From the NCBI GenBank assembly GCA_964016885.1, contig OZ024741.1:95790001-95854000 (forward strand): 64,000 nucleotides of DNA. The letters are read 5' to 3'. Under the pieces are notes generated by a model. The model did no database searches. It was given only the letters and a program-made list of their open reading frames with translations, and was not told the DNA's origin. Position numbers and translations under genes: made by a program. This DNA comes from Eledone cirrhosa (lineage: Eukaryota). Shown in pieces: positions 54,024-64,000 of this stretch (position 1 is its first letter; each line of letters begins with the position of its first letter).

Positions 54024-54687
54024 CAATAAACACTTTACAACTTCACATAAATACTATAAAATCTTTAACTCGCGCACCATTAGACTCTCATACTCCACTG
54101 TACCTAACATAGAACAACTAATTAAAAAACTCAACTCAGCAATACTGAATAAGTACATCCCTAATGACTCAGCGCACCAGCATAGCAACATACAACGCAC
54201 TAACACGCAACTACAACCCCACCAAACTATCCAGGATTCTACTGCAAAACATAAAAATAATTGTAACTGCACCAAACCAGGTACGTGCCCACTGAATAAC
54301 CAGTGCCTAGCACGCAATAATGTCTACCGATGTACAATAAATTCCGGAACCAACAAATGGTATTACGTCGGATGTACCGCAACTTCTTTCAAGGCTCGCC
54401 TATGCCAACATCGATCTTCGATCAGGCACGAGGAAATGCGCTCCGTAACAACCCTCGCCGATAAAGCCTGGCAGCTCCGGAGGAACAATCAAGCATTCTC
54501 CCTTGATTGGCAAATTATTGAAGCTGCGCCTGCATATAAGCAAAATCATCGATTCTGCAAGTTATGCAATTTAGAGATATACTGCATTTTAACGTCGGTA
54601 AACAAACTTTTGAACAGCAAAATTGAACGTTCTCTATACTGTAACCATCGTTTGAAAACGACTTTTTCTTTTTTTAAATGCATATAA
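54022..54687 (+). CDS. 5'-truncated but stop-free C-terminal ORF of a Neptune-type Penelope-like element (linker plus GIY-YIG endonuclease)
   Basis: About 221 uninterrupted codons: [77 protein letters not shown]. Confidence 0.9.
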
Positions 54688-55097
54688 TGTTACCTTTTTA
54701 CACCACCGTTTGCAAATTTCTGTTTTATATGTTTATACACAAGATATGGCTTTCTATAATAATAGTACTAAACACTGTTTTCTGGACGCCTTTAGAGATA
54801 ACCTGCTACTATAATAGCCCCAATAACTTGTCTGTGACACTGTACCACTTTGACCCCTTTAACTAAATTTTGTCCGAACAACACCACTAGAAGAATTTAC
54901 TTCCCCCGCCAACCCTAATACGCCTCATTAAGCTAACTGCTGCCAAAACATTCTCTCCTTACAATCTCTACTAGTCTGACAGTCTTAAATCCTAAGACTC
55001 CCTCCACCTTACTCACTTCCCTCTTCCCCTTCTCTTCCTACCTCCTTCTTTATCTTTTATCTAGTGTATAAAATATTTTCATATCATTCCAATACAA

Positions 55098-55214
55098 GGG
55101 TCTGACGACATGGTGTGTCTGCTTACAGTGTACCTTCGGTTTATGATAATATTTTTATATTATTCAAATAGCGAGGTATAGGTAACCCATACACTATAGA
55201 AACAATTGTTACCT
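55098..55214 (+). ncRNA. Type I hammerhead motif with ~90-nt extended stem II
   Basis: GGGT-CTGACGA-CATGGTGTGT..ATACACTATA-GAAA-CAATTG-TT-ACCT. Confidence 0.8.
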
Positions 55215-55248
55215 AATAAATTCTGTATACCCGCATTTCCGTTTCATA

Positions 55249-55335
<87 letters not shown>

Positions 55336-55728
55336 GCACGTATATACACATGACTTAATAGATATACATACAAAAAACTTACATATACAATACACATATG
55401 TATGCATCCACATATTGTGAGTTATTAATTTATTATTTCTAGATATTTGTGCAATATGTCACAGTTATCTGATTTTTGTCACAAATATATTTTCAAAACA
55501 TATATTTTCGTAGTCAGATTATGGAAGAATAGTCAAACAACGTTTGGAGATTTTTGCCGGATTGGTTTTTGTAGCTTTACTGCATTTCGCAATTAGTTAC
55601 CTGGAGTTGTATTAAGAAAATATTCACAATAGCAAAAGTCATTCTCCCACGACATAGGTTATTCTCACATGCTATAGGAATGGACTTTGATTATTCATAT
55701 TTTGTATTCAATGCCCCTCCCCAACTAT

Positions 55729-55914
55729 TAATTGTTTCTACTTTTGGCACATGGCCAGCAATTATACAAGTGCATTACTGGTACTTTATTTTATCGACCC
55801 CGTAAGGATGAAAGGCAAAATTAACCTCGGCGGGATTTGAACTCAGACCGTAAAGGGACGCAACTCTACACTGGAAAGTATGGTGTCCGACCCCCTACCG
55901 ATACTGCCAATCCA
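55729..55914 (-). mobile_element. SINE copy
   Basis: Same SINE consensus as the other copies. Confidence 0.9.
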
Positions 55915-55929
55915 TGTTGTCCTGAAGGC

Positions 55930-56510
55930 CCCTCTATGTTTTGTATTTCCAATGACGAATACCATGAGCATTTCAGAACTGATGAGGATGTTACATATGT
56001 TGGTGCTATAAGTAAAGCTAGAACGACGAAGGAATAATTCACCAGACTTCGAAAGTTATGGAAGTCAGAAGCTTGAAGATGTTTACTAAAATGCCAGGAA
56101 GAGTAGCCTTTCTTGGAACTGTGATATATAGATCACATCCCACATAGAAAGATATACATTTGTCATTCAAGAAAAGGAGGTAGCTATTAAATAGCTGATC
56201 AATAAAAAAGATACAGATGGATGCATCCAAACCTCCATTTTGTAACACAAAATGTTAATTGCACCATATCAACATGAAGGATATCACTCGCATCATCACC
56301 AACTGCTCAAAATTATCAGAAGAATATCACATTCTCAAAAGAGATGATATTGCTGCCCAAACTATTTACAATGCTATTCTCAGAAAAGATTGCTCGGATT
56401 GGCCATGCAAAGGCAAGCCATATCTGGAATGTATCCACACCTTTAAAACAGTCAAATAAAAGAGCAATTCAAGGAAAGCACAACAGGCTTGATATAGTTC
56501 TAATGAGAAG
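55930..56510 (+). pseudogene. Degraded C-terminus of a restriction-like-endonuclease LINE (R4/Dong-like)
   Basis: DITRIITNCSKLSEEY..RDDIAAQTIY (CCHC/RHD-like) and KHNRLDIV (PD-like). Confidence 0.65.
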
Positions 56511-57432
56511 GAACAACATTAATACGAAATACAGAACTGATTTAGCCGATCAAACATATCAACTGAATAATATATTAAATACATATATCTTCCCCGAAAT
56601 CAAATTGGTTGAATACTAAAAATAAAGACATCTGCAAATAAAATATAACTTTATCAAATCATTATAGTAGTGTGAGAATGCGTTTATTGGTTAGAAAACT
56701 AAAATTCTACAATTTGACTGTTGTTAAAATGGATTACGCTATGTTGCCCACAATATTATGTTCCTTTAAAAATATTTTATTTTGATAACTCACTCACTCT
56801 TGTATCTTATAATTTGAACAAATTAGACGTTTTCTCTTAGTTTATCTAAAATTGTTTTAAAGGTGGCATTATTTCGTTGTTAGGTCTTTTAGTATTGTTC
56901 CTGATTATATAATTTATACAATTTTATTTAATTTTGTTATATATATCAAGCTAACATCTTTTCTTTCTCCTTTCCCAATTAAATAAAATAACAAATTGAA
57001 TAAAATCTAATCAACTGAAGCTATCAATCACAAATATATATAGCAAATTTTATATCATCTGATTTGATAATCCTCACAATTTCCCTATTCTCAATATAGT
57101 AAAATATCCTCTAAGAGAAATCAACTTCCCTTATTTAAACAACCTTGTTATTACACCCAATTTAGTAAAGTTTCGGTCCATCCTCTCTGTAACCAACATA
57201 ACTAAAGATTCTGAGGAGATTACTAGATCTTATTTTGGTGTTAGCAATTAATAATGTGACACTCTGAAGATGCTGTTAGCAAACTGTATTATTAAATACG
57301 TTTTTTCTCTTTATTCGTTTAAATCTCAAATGCGTTGTTTGTCTTCTGTTGATCTTGTTCGCAAAGAAAAACAAATTAAACCTGTTTCATCATCATCATC
57401 ATCATCATCATCACTATAATCAACAACAACCT

Positions 57433-57482
<50 letters not shown>

Positions 57483-58384
57483 ATTTTTTGCTTGATCTGT
57501 ATTCGTCTCTGATGTATGATATTTGCATTCCACTAGAAATTAGATTTTACATGCCATACGCTAGCATCCTTATTTTGTAGTATCAAAATACATATACTGA
57601 CACACACACACACACACACACACAGGAACACACACACAAAACATTCGCGCACATTGAAACCATCCATACAAACTTCCACAGACATACAAACAACACCCTC
57701 CTTACACAAACAAACCCACACGCATATATACAAACCGATACACACAAACCCATACGTCCGCACATACACATATATACATACTCATGCATATTCTAACGAA
57801 TGGACGACAAAACACGCAATCAGTATCACGGAAAACTGCAATTCTGTTAAGATGTCTGCCTGTTTAGTAAATGTTTGAGTTAACAACAGTTTCACAGAGT
57901 AATCATCAGTTTTGCAAGAAGGAAGTCTGTTGCATGTGTTGTATCAATATTAGGAAGTGTCTCTTCTTTCATCATTTAATTTTCTTTCCTGTTTCTGAAG
58001 TAATGAACATACATGTTGTTATAGAGGGGAGGGGAGCAAATGAAGGTAAATATAGACTACATCAAGCTCCCCTCTCCCATAACAGTCATTAAGCTCCCCT
58101 CTCCCATAACAGTCATTACTTTTTTGCATATATTGTTATTTTTTCACTACTACTAGTATGTAATTCGTAATGTTTCTTTATTCCGCCCAGAATTATCTAC
58201 ACATGTACCAAGAATAGTTAGTGGGTTTTTTAGATATTGCAGTAATCAAACTCGCCAGATGGATTAAAGAAAATAAAACCATGGTGGTATGATAAACAAA
58301 ATGAAACCTCTTGCAAATTAGAAATAGATCAGAATTACAAGTTAACAAATATCAATATCAACATCAATAGCCCCCCCCCCCCCA

Positions 58385-58717
<333 letters not shown>

Positions 58718-58759
58718 GTGTGTATGCGTGTGAGTGTGTGAGTCTCGGGTTCAATCGGG

Positions 58760-58932
58760 GGTAACCACATAAAGAACTCTCATACATTAGTAGAGTGTAA
58801 ACATCAAGTTTAATATAGAAATGGCTTCTACAGGACTAGAACTGTTTCACTCAAAAGAAATCATCAAGATAATTTCGTTTGAATGAAACAGCTCTAATCC
58901 TGCAGAAGTCACTTCTATATTAAACTTGATAT
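58760..58932. mobile_element. Fold-back element (arms 58803-58861 / 58872-58930) with HHR remnant at the apex
   Basis: 59-bp arms with several transitions. Minus strand TTGATGA-TTTCTTTTGAGT-GAAA-CAG-TT. Confidence 0.75.
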
Positions 58933-58945
58933 ATATGTATTTATA

Positions 58946-59552
58946 TATAAATTTAAGAAAATTAACAAAGTAAGAATAAGACAACGAACGAAAATCAAAT
59001 TTTTAAGGGGAAACCTTAAAAATTATTTTAAAAAAATAAAAAATACAAATGACACAGAACTCCAGGGTCATCGGCTTTTAAGGTGGGCTTAGGCAGTTTT
59101 GACCCCTACCAACGGTACTGCTAGTCCGCCCGGGGTCACAGCGTCTGACACAACACAAATGCTGTCCAATGGAGTAAGAGACGAGAGACAAAACATTAAT
59201 TTATAGCAATTAAATTACAAGTAGACTTGGAACTTTATGTGACATCAAGGAAAAAGTGTGGTGCCTCTTATAGCAGGAGAGTCATGAATGAAAAAGAAAA
59301 AAAAAGAAAAGAAAGGAAGGAAAAAAGCAAGAAGAATAAAGCAGGATGTGTGAACAATCTGTAAGCCATTTCAATAAATGGTGGGGTGGGGGGATAAGAG
59401 ATAACACATTCGTCATATTATTATTAATAAACTTAAGAAATTTAACGAAGAGAGGACAAGACAACGAACGAAAAACAATTTTTTATAGTGAAACCTTAAT
59501 AAATTACTTTGAAGAAATAAAAATACAAACGAAGGACACAGAACTCCAGGGC
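58946..59552. repeat. ~120-bp direct repeats 480 bp apart
   Basis: AAGACAACGAACGAAAA..GAAACCTTAA..GACACAGAACTCCAGGG at ~58980 and ~59460. Confidence 0.8.
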
Positions 59553-59583
<31 letters not shown>

Positions 59584-59597
59584 GGTTATTATGTGAG

Positions 59598-59629
<32 letters not shown>

Positions 59630-59703
59630 AACGCACGCAGACACACGTACACGTACACGTACACGTACACGTACACGCACACGCACACACACACACACAC
59701 TAA

Positions 59704-59819
<116 letters not shown>

Positions 59820-59979
59820 CAGCTGAACGAATAAACAAATCCAATGAAACAATCACAGAACTTTGGTCCTCTGCCACCTATTCCGGGTTTCGAGAGGAAA
59901 CGTGGTACACAACATAAATCCGCAATTCTGTTGCAGTAAAAATTAAAATTTAGGCTATTGACTGTCCAAAAAGTAAGAG

Positions 59980-60525
59980 ACAAGAAGTGGAATTCCAAAG
60001 AGTTGTCACCGAAAATGGCCACCCTAATTCTCTCACCAAACACCAAAATGTCAAGGCAGCAACACATGAAAGAACAAGGAGAACACGCGTGCCTAAGGAT
60101 GAAATATGCTACCTAAGACTACCACATTTCAATGAGAAGACGACACTGCCATCAGACAAGTCATCCGTAAAGAGGGATTGAATATACGACCGGCACACTC
60201 AGGACCCTCTGTGAGGAGACGCTCCACACACACAAACTCACATATAGAGATATATGCACACTTTCTAATTCTCCCGTCAACAACTCAGAAGTGTGCATGA
60301 GAGCATATGAGGTCTATGTGCAAAAAAGATTTGCCCCTCATACACCAAAAGTACCATAACAAGGCTGCACATACGGATCAAGGAACACGTGACAATGAGA
60401 GCCTCTTCCGATAACAAGCATCTTGATAGATACCGCATCTGAAAGAAATGTAGGAAATTTTATGATTAAGAAGACCATTTTCATCAACCGAATAAAACCA
60501 AAGATAAATAATAGGTCTGAAATGC
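59980..60525 (+). pseudogene. Degraded PLE C-terminal ORF related to 42110-42420
   Basis: YLRLPHFNEK..IRQVIRKEGLNIR.AHSGPS..STITRLHIRIKEHV..IFINRIKPKINNRSE. Confidence 0.75.
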
Positions 60526-61029
60526 ACTGTAGCGACCGCGTGCATACATATGTGTTTTGCAAACACATAGACCAGGGAAGAAAACTCTGATTGTTTGTTT
60601 TATCTTGGATGCTTCGCATCTGAAAACAGTGATATAGGCCTAAAATAGCATGCTAAAATACACTGGGTAAAAATGACTTTTCTTTGTTTTGTTTCATTTG
60701 CCTTTTGTCTTTTTTCTACTTCATTTTACTGGTTTAAAAAAAAATTATCTGCCATTTACTAAATATTTCACAATGCTTCGTATTAACTACATTACTCTCT
60801 CTCTGTATATATATATATATTATATATATATATATATATAAATTTGAGTATGTGTTGGTTAGTTACCGACACTTCATTATGCAGGGTAGAGCACGCAACG
60901 AAGTGCGCAGTTGGGTCTGTTTACTCCGGAGTAATTTAAAAACAAGTGTAAGTCAACAGTTTAAGATTAACTGCGTTTATTCATTTTCACTGTTATACAT
61001 ATTTCGGTGATAACCATCATTCAACAGCT

Positions 61030-61205
61030 ATGACCTCATCAGACAGCTTGAACTTGAACAGAAAAAACAGAAATAGATGTCGAAACGGCTTGAGCTCTGC
61101 GGTCGGGGTCCTGACCTTTTTCCTATTACCCACTCTACTACCCAAAGTATCGAGTACTCTGGTGCGTTATGGTCCACCTGGTTCCTTACCACACTTCCTT
61201 CGTTA
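61030..61205 (+). mobile_element. Family B copy (HHR 3' half plus tail)
   Basis: GTCGAAACGGCTTGAGCTCTGCGGTCGGGGTCC..GAGTACTCTGGTGCGTTATGGTCC. Confidence 0.8.
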
Positions 61206-62257
61206 AATATATATATATATATATATATATATGCATAAACAAACGTCGAGTGCGAAGTGTGTACATTCGAACTCCCAAAACCACGAGGGAATAAATTTAT
61301 ATAGGATGTAGGATGATCAAAAGTAGAAAACAATTGCAAGTACACTCAGTTGCTACAAAACAGCTTATAAAAATAGGGTGAAGATCCTTTGAGGCAGAAA
61401 AATCAGTTTTCAGAGCCCGTTATGAGGAATAGAACCTCGTGTTACTCAGATACCGGCCGAGTGTTCTAGCCATTGAGCTAAAGGACTTCTAACCGTCTAA
61501 ATTAAGGAGCTGAATCTAATAGCTTTTGGGAATGTATACGCTAAGGGACTAAATTTTTATAATTTATTTTATAGCAGCAAACTACTTTTTTCTATGCATC
61601 TTACATCCATAAATGCCTTTAACCATGTACCTGCTGAATCAGTGCCGACCTGGGACTAAATAACAACAGCAAAAAACAATTAGAACAAAGGAGGTCTTCT
61701 ACTTTCCACATATTTAGAATTTTCCTGTCTTGTTAGTCAACAATTCCCCATCTAAAAATCTATCACTTCTGTCCCTTACTTCTCTCTCCATTTTCCCTAA
61801 TCAACAAGCATTTACAAAACAATGTCTGTGACATGGTGCATCAAATGCTTGTATAGTAAAGAGCATTATTTATATTTTTAATGCGTCTTTTAATTAAAAT
61901 TATTTAGTAAGAGAGTTGATGTATTTCAACGTATTTAATACGTTGGCAATTGAATTTTATAATTCCTAGATTTCTATTCATATCAATAAATATCTGCAAG
62001 GCCAATTGCTTTTGTGTAGATGAGAATTAAAGACATTCGAGAGACATTTTATGTCAGCTGTCTCAGACATCTATAAAAGTTTTCATTGAAATAATGTCGC
62101 ATTAAACAGCCGAATTCATGTTTCATACCTTCGGGAGATACAAGTCTATGCTTTATGGAATAATTATAGCTATGAACACACAAAACTATATAGTGGCTGT
62201 AAGACAACAACAACGTCAGCACTTATGATGATGATGATGATGATGATGATGAGGATA

Positions 62258-62315
<58 letters not shown>

Positions 62316-62652
62316 CAATTGGCTATGGCAAAAACAATTTTTCTGAAAAGTTATAAACATATATTGAGCTATGCAAAGTATTCGGATTAAACATAACTTT
62401 GAAAAGCCCCTTTCTTAATAAATAATCTAAGTGCAAAATCAGAAATATTAACGAAATGACACCCCTTTGATAAGTACTTCTAAAATAATTGAAGAATTGA
62501 AGATAATAATTGAAGATATTACCGTTCGATTAAAGGAATAAACATTTATCATCGTTACTCTTTATTTTAGGATTTCAAATACTCTATTATTTTTCTACAT
62601 CATATTACAGATAATTATTCTCTCTATCCTCGTTTCTGTTTCATCAATTAAT

Positions 62653-62682
62653 CTTCTTCTTCTTCTTCTTCTTCTTCTTCTT

Positions 62683-62713
<31 letters not shown>

Positions 62714-62915
62714 GAGGGTCCTGTGGGCAGAGTCCTCACACCCTCCTTTCAGCGGGTCCTGTCAGAAGCAACCGACTCCAACTGATCAGGATGGACTCCC
62801 AAGCGTGACCAGCCAAGCTTATGGATGTTATCCAACCATCTTCCTCGGGGTCTTACCCTGGGTCTCTTACTGGTTAGGTTTGCTCGTAAAATCTGTCCAG
62901 CGTTTCTAGAGTGGT
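62653..62915 (-). mobile_element. RTE LINE 3' end with (GAA)n tail
   Basis: PRGRWLDNIHKLGWSRLGVHPDQLESVASDRTR, followed by a (GAA)n tract. Confidence 0.7.
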
Positions 62916-63161
62916 AGGGTCACGCATATAAAATTGTGTGAAGATCCTTAAAGCGGGAAACAGAAGTTGATATCGGCCGCTACGAAGAATCGAACTTCGT
63001 ATCTCCCAGATACCGGCTAATAAAAGATACAGTATGTTAGAAAAAAAAAAAGAAAATAGAAATTGTTGGATGGCTTCTATAAGATGTTCATCGTAAGGTG
63101 TTTCTTAGTATTTATAGTATTAGAATTAGGGAGTAATGCTTAGTATTCATTATAATTGAGC

Positions 63162-63340
63162 AGTGGATTGGCAGTATCGGTAGAGGGTTGGACACCATGC
63201 TTTGCAGCATAGAGTTACGGCCCTTTATGATCTGAGTTCAGATCCCGCCGAGGTTAACTTGCCTTTCATGCTTACGGGGTCGACAAAATAAAGTACCAGT
63301 AATACACTGAGGTAATTGCTGGCCTTGTAGAAACAATTAT
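63162..63340 (+). mobile_element. SINE copy
   Basis: Same SINE consensus as the other copies. Confidence 0.9.
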
Positions 63341-63954
63341 AATTAAGGAAACCTTAAGAAAACAGGTCAATGTATCATGTCTAAACCATATTTATGTGTT
63401 CTGTTTATTACATTTGTTGTTCTTCGGATCTGAAATCCCGAATGCAGTTTAGAATTTATTGAAATGTCTTTTAAGCGCATCATAATTATGTCTGTCTTTC
63501 ACCTTGAACGTTACAACAGCGATAGGAATGATAATTTCTATCCACAAAACTGTGTTTAGTAAAGACGAAGATTAACTCTACTCATCGAGGACATCTTTTC
63601 AAAACATGAGTTTATTTATTAACCCGTCGCCAATATTGCATGTCATTCACGTCAATGCATGTTTGCTGTTACTACTACCACCACCACCACCACCACCACC
63701 ACCACCACTACTACTACTACTACGACTACTACTACTACTATTACTACAACTACTACTACTACTACTGCTACTACTACTACGCCTGCTGCTACTACTACTG
63801 CTGCTGCTGCTGTTTCTGCCATTGTCTCGCGATTCCTAGCGATAGAGATAAAATAGATCTGTCTATGTCTTGTAATAAAGACAGAAACATGCAACAATTC
63901 ATTAATGAAGAGTCAAATGACTCTAACGAAAGATGGTCTCCAGCGCCAAACACA

Positions 63955-64000
<46 letters not shown>

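Larger units (their letters stand above)
54022..55250 (+). mobile_element. 5'-truncated PLE with 3' UTR and HHR-containing pLTR
   Basis: ORF, ~400-bp UTR, HHR and AATAAA, bounded by (TA)n and (TC)n(TA)n. Confidence 0.9.

Noticed and set aside
57271-57300. CTGAAGA-TGCT-GTT-AGC-AAAC
   Set aside because: G12 is missing and there is no stem I, so it is at best a decayed remnant.

Overview
Very AT-rich, microsatellite-saturated eukaryotic non-coding DNA. The SINE and repeat content suggests a cephalopod such as Octopus, which is inference only. No host protein-coding gene can be supported, and almost all ORFs in the track are microsatellite artefacts. Recognisable content is transposon debris: fragments of Penelope-like (PLE) GIY-YIG retroelements, RTE and R4/Dong-like LINE pieces, tRNA-derived SINEs, a mariner remnant, MITEs, a probable Helitron, and simple or complex satellites. 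The hidden structure is about 30 type I hammerhead-ribozyme (HHR) motifs, read by eye, from roughly ten sequence families. Most sit in short non-coding elements embedded in (TA)n tracts. Many of these elements are near-perfect fold-back palindromes (0.1-0.9 kb) with one outward-pointing HHR per arm, a variable apex, a family-fixed short-arm end and a long-arm tail carrying a shared GAGTRCT motif. Two copies link this architecture directly to PLE endonuclease ORFs. One family also occurs as a 440-nt direct-repeat, retrozyme-like unit with octamer repeats. Coordinates were counted by hand and may be off by a few bases.
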